From Actinomycetota bacterium (GTDB taxonomy: Bacteria > Actinomycetota > CALGFH01), in assembly GCA_035535495.1 (NCBI GenBank), contig DATLQA010000272.1:15452-79451 (forward strand): a DNA stretch of 64,000 nucleotides, written 5' to 3'. The first letter of the stretch is position 1. Every line of letters begins with the position of its first letter. Of this stretch, positions 45,953 through 55,270 are shown piece after piece. The notes below the pieces were generated by a model. The model was not told where the DNA came from. It saw only the letters and a list, made by a program, of their open reading frames with translations, and searched no databases. The position numbers and the translations under genes were made by a program.

Positions 45953-46543
45953 GTGGCCGGCCCGCCCGTCATCGGCGTCCTGGCGTTCCAGGGCGACGTC
46001 CGCGAGCACCTGGCCACCCTGGCGGAGGTCGGGGTCCCCGGCCGCCCGGTGCGCACCCTCGCCGAGCTGGACGAGGTCGACGGGCTGATCCTGCCCGGCG
46101 GGGAGTCCACCGTGATCGGCAAGCTGGCGCGCCGCTACGGGCTCCTCGAGCCGCTGCGCGAGCGCGCCCGCGGCGGGCTGCCGGTGTTCGGCACCTGCGC
46201 CGGCCTGATCTTCATGGCCCGCGAGGTCGACGGCCCGCCCCAGCACCTGCTCGGCGTGCTCGACGTGCGCGTGCGCCGCAACGCGTTCGGGCGGCAGGTC
46301 GCCTCGTTCGAGGCCGAGGTCGACGTCAAGGGGCTCGACGGCGGCCCCGTCTCGGCGGTGTTCATCCGCGCCCCCTGGGTCACCGAGATGGCCCCTGAGG
46401 TCGAGGTGCTGGCCGAGGTGGACGGCGCGGTGGTCGCCGTCCGCCAGGGCAACCTGCTGGGGACCGCCTTCCATCCCGAGCTGGCCGGCGAGGGGCGCCT
46501 CCACCGCCTGTTCGCCGAGCTGGCCCGCGACCGGGGCGGGTAG
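45953..46543 (+). CDS. pdxT: Pyridoxal 5'-phosphate synthase glutaminase subunit
   Basis: [37 protein letters not shown]. Confidence 0.96.
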   Translation: MAGPPVIGVLAFQGDVREHLATLAEVGVPGRPVRTLAELDEVDGLILPGGESTVIGKLARRYGLLEPLRERARGGLPVFGTCAGLIFMAREVDGPPQHLLGVLDVRVRRNAFGRQVASFEAEVDVKGLDGGPVSAVFIRAPWVTEMAPEVEVLAEVDGAVVAVRQGNLLGTAFHPELAGEGRLHRLFAELARDRGG

Positions 46544-46586
46544 CCGCCGGCCGGGCCGCGCACGAGCCGAGCTGAAGGGAGCGAGC

Positions 46587-47336
46587 ATGTCCGGCCACTC
46601 CAAGTGGGCCACGATCAAGCACCAGAAGGCGGCCAACGACGCCCGCCGCGGCAAGCTGTTCGCCAAGCTGATCCGCGCTATCGAGGTGGCCGCGCGGACC
46701 GGCGGCAGCAACGTCGACGGCAACCCCACCCTGGCCGACGCCATCCAGAAGGCCAAGGACGCCTCGGTCCCCAACGACACCATCGACCGCGCCACCAAGC
46801 GCGGAGCGGGGGAGCTCAAGGGGCCGCCGCCCGACTTCGTGACCTACGAGGGCTACGCCCCCGGCGGGGTGGCCGTGCTGGTCGAGACGCTGACCGACAA
46901 CCGCAACCGCACCGCGTCCGACGTCCGCCGGGCGTTCTCCAAGGCGAGCGGGAGCATGGCCGACGCCGGCAGCGTCGCCTACCTGTTCAGCCGCAAGGGC
47001 CAGCTGGTGATCCCCGGCGGCGCCGCCGACGAGGACCGGGTGATGGAGCTCGCCCTCGAGGCCGGGGCCGAGGACATCCAGGCCGGCGACGACGGCTTCA
47101 CCGTCACCACCGTCGCCGGCGACCTCCGCGCCGTCAGGGCCGCCTTCGACCGCGCCGGCGTCGCCTACGAGTCGGCCGAGGTCACCATGGTGCCGAGCCT
47201 GTCCGTGCCGCTCGACCGGGACACCGCCATCAAGGTCCTGCGCCTGGTCGACGCGCTCGAAGAGCTCGACGACGTCCAGGACGTGTACGCCAACTTCGAC
47301 ATCCCCGATGCGGTCATGGCGGAGATGACGACCTGA
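46587..47336 (+). CDS. yebC: YebC/PmpR family protein
   Basis: [39 protein letters not shown]. Confidence 0.96.
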   Translation: MSGHSKWATIKHQKAANDARRGKLFAKLIRAIEVAARTGGSNVDGNPTLADAIQKAKDASVPNDTIDRATKRGAGELKGPPPDFVTYEGYAPGGVAVLVETLTDNRNRTASDVRRAFSKASGSMADAGSVAYLFSRKGQLVIPGGAADEDRVMELALEAGAEDIQAGDDGFTVTTVAGDLRAVRAAFDRAGVAYESAEVTMVPSLSVPLDRDTAIKVLRLVDALEELDDVQDVYANFDIPDAVMAEMTT

Positions 47337-47378
47337 GCCTGCTGCTCGGCGCCGCGCCGCGGCGCCGGCGAGTCGCCG

Positions 47379-47459
47379 TCAGATGCGGCGGCGGCCCAGG
47401 ATGAACATCACCAGGGCGATGATGGCGAGCACGATCAGGATGATCAGCAGCGTCCGCAC
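47379..47459 (-). CDS. 26-aa single-TM small protein (M)RTLLIILIVLAIIALVMFILGRRRI
   Basis: GAGGGGG RBS before GTG, 20 consecutive hydrophobic residues, basic tail, GC3-rich codons. Confidence 0.7.
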   Translation of the reverse strand: MRTLLIILIVLAIIALVMFILGRRRI

Positions 47460-47528
47460 TGGGTCCCCCTCTGTCGTCGTTGGCCACCTGGTACCCCGGC
47501 CGGCCGCCCGCCACACCGCCGCGCGTGG

Positions 47529-47557
47529 TTGAGCCGGTCGCCTGGAACCGGTAGGCT
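47529..47557 (+). promoter_or_regulatory. Putative sigmaA promoter for ruvCAB
   Basis: TTGAGC-N17-TAGGCT upstream of ruvC. Confidence 0.55.
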
Positions 47558-47564
47558 GCTGCCG

Positions 47565-47580
47565 CCAAACAGGTGTTCGA
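47565..47580. promoter_or_regulatory. LexA SOS box (Gram-positive/actinobacterial type)
   Basis: CCAAACAGGTGTTCGA versus consensus TCGAAC-N4-GTTCGA; just downstream of the -10 box and upstream of ruvC, a known SOS gene. Confidence 0.7.
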
Positions 47581-47606
47581 GCCGGTGTTTGAGATGGGGA
47601 GGCCGG

Positions 47607-48203
47607 ATGCGCGTCGTCGGGGTCGACCCGGGACTCGGCCGCTGCGGCTACGCCGTGGTCGACCAGGGCGCCGGCCGGCCCGAGGCGGTGACCTACGACA
47701 CCATCGCCAGCCAGGGAGAGGAGGTCGCCCCTCGGCTCGCCCACCTCGCCGAGCGGTTCCGCGCCGTGGTGGAAGCCACCCGGCCGGACTGCCTGGCGAT
47801 CGAGCGCCTGTTCGTCAACGCCAACGTGCGCACCGCGATGGCGGTCGGCCAGGCCTCGGGGGTGATCCTGCTGATCGCCGCCGAGCACGGCATGCCGGTC
47901 ACCTCCTACACCCCCTCACAGGTCAAACGGACCATGGTCGGCGTCGGCACCGCCCCGAAGGAGCAGGTCGCCTACATGGTCCGCGCCACCCTCGGGCTGG
48001 CCGCCACACCGACCCCGGCCGACACCGCCGACGCCCTCGCGGTCGCCCTCTGCCACCTCCACCACCTCGGCGTCAGCGCCGCCACCGGCCCAGGCGGGCG
48101 CGCCGCCGCGATCGGCGCCGCGCCGACCGCCGGCTGGCTGGCCAGGGCGGCGCCGACCTCGCCCGGCCTGGACCGGCCGGCCCGGGGTGGTGGCCGGCGG
48201 TGA
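47607..48203 (+). CDS. ruvC: Crossover junction endodeoxyribonuclease
   Basis: VVGVDPGLGRCGY, AIERLF, VGQASGV, KEQV, DTADALAVALCH. Confidence 0.95.
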   Translation: MRVVGVDPGLGRCGYAVVDQGAGRPEAVTYDTIASQGEEVAPRLAHLAERFRAVVEATRPDCLAIERLFVNANVRTAMAVGQASGVILLIAAEHGMPVTSYTPSQVKRTMVGVGTAPKEQVAYMVRATLGLAATPTPADTADALAVALCHLHHLGVSAATGPGGRAAAIGAAPTAGWLARAAPTSPGLDRPARGGGRR

Positions 48204-48802
48204 TCGCCAGCCTCCGCGGCCGCCTGGCCGCGCTCCTGCCCGACGGGGTGGTGATCGAGGTCGGCGGCGTCGGCTACCGCGTCTTCCTCACTCCCAAGGC
48301 GCTGGCCGCGCTGCCGCGCGAGGGCGAGGTGCAGGTCCACACGGTCACCTACGTGCGCGAGGACACCCTGGCGCTGTACGGCTTCCCGACCCCCGACGAG
48401 CAGGCGGCGTTCGAGCGCCTGCTCAGCGCGAGCGGTGTCGGGCCCAAGCTGGCGCTGGCGATCCTGTCGGTGCACTCGCCCGACGCGTTGCGCCGGGCGG
48501 TCACCGCCGGCGACGCCGACGCCTTCACCCTGGTCTCCGGCGTCGGCCGCAAGGGCGCCGCCCGCCTGGTCCTCGAACTCAAGGGCAAGCTCGGCGACGG
48601 CCCGGTCGAGATCCCGGCCGAGGCCGGCGTCCGGCCCGCCTACGCCGACGTGCGCGAGGCGCTCGGCGCCCTCGGCTACGGGCCCGCCGAGGTCAAGGCG
48701 GCCCTGGAGACGCTGCCGCCCGACGCCGGCGAGCTGCCCACCGAGGAGCTGCTCCGGCTCGCGCTGCGCACGCTCGCCGGCGCCGGCCGCGCGGGCCGGT
48801 GA
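48200..48802 (+). CDS. ruvA: Holliday junction branch migration protein
   Basis: IASLRG, EVGGVGY, LYGF, SGVGPKLAL, VSGVGRKGAARL, ALGALGY. Confidence 0.95.
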   Translation: MIASLRGRLAALLPDGVVIEVGGVGYRVFLTPKALAALPREGEVQVHTVTYVREDTLALYGFPTPDEQAAFERLLSASGVGPKLALAILSVHSPDALRRAVTAGDADAFTLVSGVGRKGAARLVLELKGKLGDGPVEIPAEAGVRPAYADVREALGALGYGPAEVKAALETLPPDAGELPTEELLRLALRTLAGAGRAGR

Positions 48803-48843
48803 TGAGGCTGGCACCACCGCCTCGGGTCGCCGCGGTGGCCGCG

Positions 48844-48865
48844 GTCGCCCTGCCCGCGGGGCGTC
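48844..48865 (-). repeat. Degenerate family-2 motif in the ruvA-ruvB gap
   Basis: GTCGCCCTGCCCGCGGGGCGTC versus GTCGCCCTGCCTGCGGGGCAGT. Confidence 0.5.
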
Positions 48866-48926
48866 TGAGCACTCCCCTTGCCGGGCCGACGACCGGTAGG
48901 CTCCTCGGGGAAGGGGGGTCGACGCC

Positions 48927-49958
<1,032 letters not shown>

Positions 49959-49978
49959 TGCCGGCCGGCGACGCGCCG

Positions 49979-50128
49979 CTACTCGAGCGAGGCGTCGATC
50001 GCCGCCAGGACGTCCTCGATGTCCTGCAGCAGCCGGGCCGCGTCCACGCCGACGGCCTCGACGCTCTGGGCGTCGGGTCCTGCCTGGCGCCGGCGACGTG
50101 CCTGGCGCCTGATCCGCACCGCCACCAT
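49979..50128 (-). CDS. 49-aa small protein with Pup-like helix
   Basis: AGGAGGAG RBS 5 nt before ATG; MVAVRIRRQARRRRQAGPDAQSVEAVGVDAARLLQDIEDVLAAIDASLE. Confidence 0.7.
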   Translation of the reverse strand: MVAVRIRRQARRRRQAGPDAQSVEAVGVDAARLLQDIEDVLAAIDASLE

Positions 50129-50456
50129 GCGACTCCTCCTGTGCTCGGCTCGCTGGCGTCGCCACCCTGGTTCCACAGGGCATTCGATCGGCGGTGCCAT
50201 CCGGTCTGGCAGGACTTCAGGGGACCATCGCGGCGTAGTTCTATCGAACTAGTACACAGCGGTGCAAGTGGTGCCCGGTCAGCCGCGTCGAAAACCTCGT
50301 TCGACCCCCCATGGGCGGTTGCGCTCCGGCCAGGGCATTCATAGGATGGCGGCTGCGCCGCGGCCCCAGCCGTGGCCTGCCCTCGTGCAACGCGGCCGAT
50401 CACGCCGTGATGCGCCGTCCCGGGCACTCCCCGGGCCTCCCGGAGGTCTTCACGCC

Positions 50457-50792
50457 ATGTCCAACGAAGGTGCGTCGTTCATCTTCATTGCGCTGATGTT
50501 CGGCTTCTTCTACTTCCTCATCATCAGGCCGCAACGCCGGCGCATGACCGACCTCCAGTCGCTGCAGCGGTCGCTCGAGCTGGGCGACGAGGTGGTCACG
50601 ATCGGCGGCATCCTCGGCACCATCCGCCGCTTCGACGGCGACATCGTCACCCTCGAGCTGTCGCCAGGGACCGAGGCGCGCGTCAACCGCCGCGCCATCT
50701 CCGCCCGCGTCGACAGCGCCGTGCCCGCCGCCGAGGAGCCGGGCGTGATCGCCGACGGCGCCGAGATCGACCAGGAGCGGGCCAAGGAATGA
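50457..50792 (+). CDS. yajC: Preprotein translocase subunit
   Basis: FFYFLIIRPQRRR, LELGDEVVTIGGILG, RRAI. Confidence 0.92.
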   Translation: MSNEGASFIFIALMFGFFYFLIIRPQRRRMTDLQSLQRSLELGDEVVTIGGILGTIRRFDGDIVTLELSPGTEARVNRRAISARVDSAVPAAEEPGVIADGAEIDQERAKE

Positions 50793-51484
50793 GCGTGGCC
50801 GAGCGCCGCCCACCAGGCGGCGAACTGCGGCTCCTCGACCAGGTCGCAGGCACCAAGGTCGTCCAGACCTACATCGCCCTCGCCGACCAGTTCACCGGTC
50901 AGCTCGGCTTCACCGAGCACGGCTTCCGGCACGCCAACCTGGTCGGGCACATCGCCTACAACATCCTCGCCCGGCTCGGCCACGAGTCGCGCGTGGCGGA
51001 GCTGGCCGCCGTCGCCGGCTACCTGCACGACATCGGCAACGTCGTCAGCCGCCAGAACCACCCGCAGAGCTCGGCGCTGATCGCCATGCCGGTGCTCACC
51101 GAGCTGGGCCTGCCGGTGGAGGACATCGGCCTGATCGTCGGGGCGATCGGCAACCACGAGGAGGAGCTCGGCCGGCCCGTCTCCCCGGTCTCGGCGGCGG
51201 TCAACATCGCCGACAAGTCGGACGTGCACCGGTCCCGGGTCCGCAAGGACGCGCGGGTCGAGTTCGACATCCACGACCGGGTGAACTACGCGGTGCGCCA
51301 CTCGTTCGTCCGGGTCGACGCCGAGCAACGGACCGTCACCCTCGAGCTCGACATCGACACCACCGTGTCCGACATCCTCGAATACTTCGAGATCTTCCTG
51401 ACCCGGATGATGATGTGCCGCCGGGCCGCCGAGGGTCTCGACTGCAAGTTCCGCATGACCGTCAACGGCAGCTCCCTGTTGTAG
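50789..51484 (+). CDS. HD-domain metal-dependent phosphohydrolase
   Basis: EHGFRHA, AGYLHDIGN, AIGNH, IADKSDVHRSRVR, HDRVNYAV. Confidence 0.88.
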   Translation: MSVAERRPPGGELRLLDQVAGTKVVQTYIALADQFTGQLGFTEHGFRHANLVGHIAYNILARLGHESRVAELAAVAGYLHDIGNVVSRQNHPQSSALIAMPVLTELGLPVEDIGLIVGAIGNHEEELGRPVSPVSAAVNIADKSDVHRSRVRKDARVEFDIHDRVNYAVRHSFVRVDAEQRTVTLELDIDTTVSDILEYFEIFLTRMMMCRRAAEGLDCKFRMTVNGSSLL

Positions 51485-51489
51485 GGCGG

Positions 51490-51706
51490 TGAGGTACCGT
51501 TGGTGGCAAGGACCAGCCCACCTCGGCGGCCGCGAGCGCACCAGCGAGGTGGGCCGCCGCCGCGCGTCGGCTGCACTGAAGATGTAGCGAGGTGGCCGGA
51601 GCCGCGCGCTGGCTGGACTGAGGAGCGACGAAGGAGCCGCAGGCGACGACGGCGCGACGAGGGAAGCCAGCGCACCGAGCGGCGTAGGCCACCGAGCGTT
51701 TCAATA
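51490..51706. other. Highly structured intergenic element upstream of secD (MITE-like or cis-RNA)
   Basis: 10-bp stem GCCCACCTCG/CGAGGTGGGC (51516-51554); nested stems GGTGGCC/GGCCACC (51591/51687) and GCGCTGGCT/AGCCAGCGC (51606/51665) enclosing GA-rich loops. Confidence 0.55.
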
Positions 51707-51723
51707 GAGGAGAACCGCGCCCG

Positions 51724-53175
51724 ATGACAGGAACCCGCCGACTGGTCGTCCCGCTACTCGTCGTGCTCGCCCTGGTCGGCGGGATCTGGGGAGTGATCCT
51801 GGTCCAGGGGATCAAGCCCCGCCTCGGCCTCGACCTCACCGGGGGCACCAGCGTCACCTTCGAGCCGCACAGCCCGGACGGCCGCGACCCGACCGAGGAC
51901 CAGCTCAACACCACCATCGACATCATCCGCAACCGGGTGAACTCCAAAGGCGTGGCCGAGTCGGAGGTCAACCTCGAGGGCGGCAGCATCGTGGTGTCGA
52001 TCCCCAACGTGAAGAACCCCGACGAGGTGCTCAAGGCGGTCGGGACCACCGCGCAGCTCCGCTTCCGGCCAGTGCTGCAGGAGGTCGTCTCCAGCGCCCC
52101 CGAGTACAAGAAGGCGCCGTTCGCCGCGGTCGACTGCAGCAATGCGGCGACCTGGAAGGACGAGATCAACAAGGAGGCCATCCTCTGCGCCCGCGAGCCG
52201 GGCCAGGACCGGCCCGACCCCAACGCGCCCAAGCTGCTCATGGGCCCGGTGGCCCTGGGCGGCACCGACATCGCCGGGGCCACCGCCCAGCTCGCCACCT
52301 CGGGGCAGAACGCGATCACCACCGGCGCCTGGGAGACGGCGCTGCGCCTCTCCGGCCAGGGAGGCAGGAAGTTCGCCGAGATCACCGGCAAGCTCGCGTG
52401 CAACCCGAGCGGCGACCCCAAGCGGCGCCTCGGCGTCACCCTGGACGCGGTGGTGATCAACTCGCCGCCGATGGCCGACGACGTGCAGTGCAACCAGGGC
52501 ATCGTGGGCGGCAGCGCGGTGATCACCGGCCAGACCGAGGCCGAGGCCAAGGCGCTGGCGCCGCTGATCACCACCGGCGCCCTGCCGCTCTCGCTGGTGG
52601 TGCTGAACCGCACCACGGTCAGCGCCACCCTCGGGGCCGACTCGCTCCACGCCGGCCTGATCGGCGGCGCGCTCGGGGTGGCGGCGGTCTTCCTGTACAT
52701 GCTGTTCTTCTACCGCGGCCTCGGGCTGGTCGCCTGTGTCGGCCTGGCGATCGCGGGGGCTTTCAACTTCGGCATCGTCATCCTGATGGGCAAGCTGATC
52801 GGCTTCACCCTGACGATGGCCGGGATCGCCGGCCTGATCGTGGCGGTCGGCATCTCGGCCGACTCCTACGTGGTCTTCTTCGAGCGCCTCAAAGACGAGG
52901 TCCGCGACGGCAAGACGTTGCGGGCCTCGGTCGACCGGGGCTGGGCACGCTCGTTCCACACCCTGGTCTCGGCCAACACGGTGTCGTTCGCGGCGGCGCT
53001 CGTGCTCTACCTGCTCGCCATCGGCCCGGTGCGCGGCTTCGCCTTCACCCTGGGCCTGGCCACCGCCGTCGACTTCTTCACCGCCTGGATGTTCGGGCGC
53101 CCGGCGGTCAGCCTGTTCGCCCGGACACGGCTGCTCCGTGAGGGGCGGCTCGCCGGCATCCGGGCCGCGATCTAG
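51724..53175 (+). CDS. secD: Protein translocase subunit SecD
   Basis: PRLGLDLTGG, IIRNRVNSKGVAE, GALPL, TMAGIAGLIVAVGISADSYVVFFERLKDE, VRGFA. Confidence 0.95.
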   Translation: MTGTRRLVVPLLVVLALVGGIWGVILVQGIKPRLGLDLTGGTSVTFEPHSPDGRDPTEDQLNTTIDIIRNRVNSKGVAESEVNLEGGSIVVSIPNVKNPDEVLKAVGTTAQLRFRPVLQEVVSSAPEYKKAPFAAVDCSNAATWKDEINKEAILCAREPGQDRPDPNAPKLLMGPVALGGTDIAGATAQLATSGQNAITTGAWETALRLSGQGGRKFAEITGKLACNPSGDPKRRLGVTLDAVVINSPPMADDVQCNQGIVGGSAVITGQTEAEAKALAPLITTGALPLSLVVLNRTTVSATLGADSLHAGLIGGALGVAAVFLYMLFFYRGLGLVACVGLAIAGAFNFGIVILMGKLIGFTLTMAGIAGLIVAVGISADSYVVFFERLKDEVRDGKTLRASVDRGWARSFHTLVSANTVSFAAALVLYLLAIGPVRGFAFTLGLATAVDFFTAWMFGRPAVSLFARTRLLREGRLAGIRAAI

Positions 53176-53198
53176 GGCCTCAAGGGAGGATCCGTTCC

Positions 53199-54470
53199 GT
53201 GCCATCCATCGCCAGCCGCCTCTACCACGGCGACATCAGCGTCGACTACGTCGGCCAGTGGCGCCGCTGGGCCGTGCTGTCCGGCGTGGTCCTGCTGATC
53301 TCGCTGGTCTCCCTGTTCGTGCCCGGCCTGACGTTCGGCATCGACTTCAAGGGCGGGTCGGTGTTCCGGGCCGAGGCCACCAAGCCGGTCACCGAGTCCC
53401 AGGTCCGCGCCGCCGTCGGCAACGACGTGGCCAAGGTCGTCCAGCTCACCGACACCCGGCCGGTGCAGGTGATCGTCCAGACCGAGGAGCTCTCCGCCGA
53501 TCAGGTGGCCGAGATCCGCGCCGAGCTGGCGCGGGTCACCGGAGCCGAGCAGGTCTCCAACGAGAGCGTCGGCTCCAAGTGGGGGAGCACGGTCTCGCGC
53601 AAGGCGCTGATCGCCCTGGCCGTGTTCATCGGCGTGGTGATCGTCTACGTGTCGCTGCGCTTCGAGTTCAAGATGGCCGTGGCCGCCCTGGTGGCGCTCG
53701 CCCACGACCTGCTCATCACCGCCGGCGTCTACGCGCTCGCCCGCTTCGAGGTCACCCCGGCGACGGTGATCGCCCTGCTGACCATCCTCGGGTACTCCCT
53801 GTACGACACGGTGGTGGTGTTCGACAAGGTGCGCGAGAACACCGCCGAGCTGTCCTCCATGTCGCGGATCACCTACTCGGACGCGGCCAACAAGGCCGTC
53901 AACCAGACCCTGATCCGCTCGCTCAACACCTCCCTGGCCAGCCTCCTGCCGATCGCGGCCCTGCTGTTCGTCGGCGCCTTCGCGCTCGGGGCCGAGACGC
54001 TCAAGGACCTCTCGCTCGCCCTGCTGATCGGCGTGGTCGTCAGCACCTACTCCTCGATCTTCGTCGCCACCCCGTTCCTGGCGGTCTGGAAGGAGACCGA
54101 GCCGCGCAACCGGCAGCTCCGCGCGCGTGCCGCCAGGCAGCCGGCCCCCGCCGGCGCCCGCGCCACGGGCAGGGCCGCCGTGCCGGCCGACCGCCAGGCC
54201 CAGCCCCGCCCGGCCGGCGGCCGCCGCCGGCCCGCCGCCCAGCCCGTGCTCGACGGCGAGGAGGCGATGCCGATGCCGGCGGTGCCGCCCGACCCGGTCG
54301 AGGCCGACGAGCCCGATGAGGCCGAGCCGGCCGACACCGCGCCGGTCGCCGCCCAGTCCAACGCCGGTTCCAAGCCACGTTCCGGGCAGCAGAAGCCGAG
54401 GTCGTCGCAGGCGCGCCGCAAGCCGTCGGGGCGGCAGCCGTCCCGGCCGGCCAAGCGGCGCCGCCGCTAG
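53199..54470 (+). CDS. secF: Protein translocase subunit SecF
   Basis: FGIDFKGG, VGSKWG, LRFEFK, HDLLIT, GYSLYDTVVVFDKVRE, RSLNTS; low-complexity C-tail. Confidence 0.95.
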   Translation: MPSIASRLYHGDISVDYVGQWRRWAVLSGVVLLISLVSLFVPGLTFGIDFKGGSVFRAEATKPVTESQVRAAVGNDVAKVVQLTDTRPVQVIVQTEELSADQVAEIRAELARVTGAEQVSNESVGSKWGSTVSRKALIALAVFIGVVIVYVSLRFEFKMAVAALVALAHDLLITAGVYALARFEVTPATVIALLTILGYSLYDTVVVFDKVRENTAELSSMSRITYSDAANKAVNQTLIRSLNTSLASLLPIAALLFVGAFALGAETLKDLSLALLIGVVVSTYSSIFVATPFLAVWKETEPRNRQLRARAARQPAPAGARATGRAAVPADRQAQPRPAGGRRRPAAQPVLDGEEAMPMPAVPPDPVEADEPDEAEPADTAPVAAQSNAGSKPRSGQQKPRSSQARRKPSGRQPSRPAKRRRR

Positions 54471-54507
54471 CCCCGGCGCCGTCCGCCACCAAAGAAGGGA
54501 ACGCACC

Positions 54508-55035
54508 GTGCCGAACGACATCAACCGGGTGCGCAGCCTGGTCCGCGACGTCCCCGACTTCCCCAAGCCCGGGATCGTCTTCAAGGACATCACCCCGCTG
54601 CTCGCCGACGAGGTCGCCTTCTCGTCGGTGATCGACGAGACCGTGGTCCACTTCGGCCGCGGCAACGTCGACAAGGTGGTCGGCATCGAGGCACGCGGCT
54701 TCATCCTCGCCTCCCCGGTCGCCTACCACTTCGGCGCCGGCTTCGTGCCGGTCCGCAAGGCCGGCAAGCTGCCATGGAAGGTGGAGGCGGAGGAGTACGA
54801 GCTGGAGTACGGCTCCGCCGCCCTGGAGCTGCACAGCGACGCCATCGCCTCGGGCGAGCGCGTGCTGATCGTCGACGACGTGCTCGCCACCGGCGGCACC
54901 GCCCGGGCCGCCGCCAGGCTGGTCGAGCGCCTCGGCGGCAAGGTGATCGGCATCGCCACCCTGATCGAGCTGAGCTTCCTCGACGGTCGCAAGCGGATCG
55001 AGGGCTACGAGTTCTTCAGCCTGCTGCGCTACTGA
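54508..55035 (+). CDS. apt: Adenine phosphoribosyltransferase
   Basis: VPDFPKPGIVFKDITPLL, IEARGF, VRKAGKLP, IVDDVLATGGT. Confidence 0.96.
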   Translation: MPNDINRVRSLVRDVPDFPKPGIVFKDITPLLADEVAFSSVIDETVVHFGRGNVDKVVGIEARGFILASPVAYHFGAGFVPVRKAGKLPWKVEAEEYELEYGSAALELHSDAIASGERVLIVDDVLATGGTARAAARLVERLGGKVIGIATLIELSFLDGRKRIEGYEFFSLLRY

Positions 55036-55270
55036 GGCGGCCGTCGCCGCCTGCCCGAACGCAAACGGGCAGGTGAGCGCCTGCTACCGGCAGGAGCCAC
55101 CCGTCTCGCTGAGTGGCGACGACAGGCGTACCGTGGTTTCCTGGAGCGCCGGGGAAGGGACCGGTGGCGGGGGGCGCGACGCTGACCGCGATCCGCGCGG
55201 CCATCATCCGAGCCGGCGTGCCCGACCGGGCGCTCCACAGCGAGGCAGCTGGCACGACGGGTGAGCGGCC

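Noticed and set aside
48878-48902. Internal sigmaA promoter for ruvB (TTGCCG...TAGGCT)
   Set aside because: The spacer is only 13 bp; only the -10 hexamer is plausible.
54120-54470. Extra domain at the SecF C-terminus
   Set aside because: Low-complexity Ala/Pro/Arg/Glu tail common in actinobacterial SecF; no domain signal.
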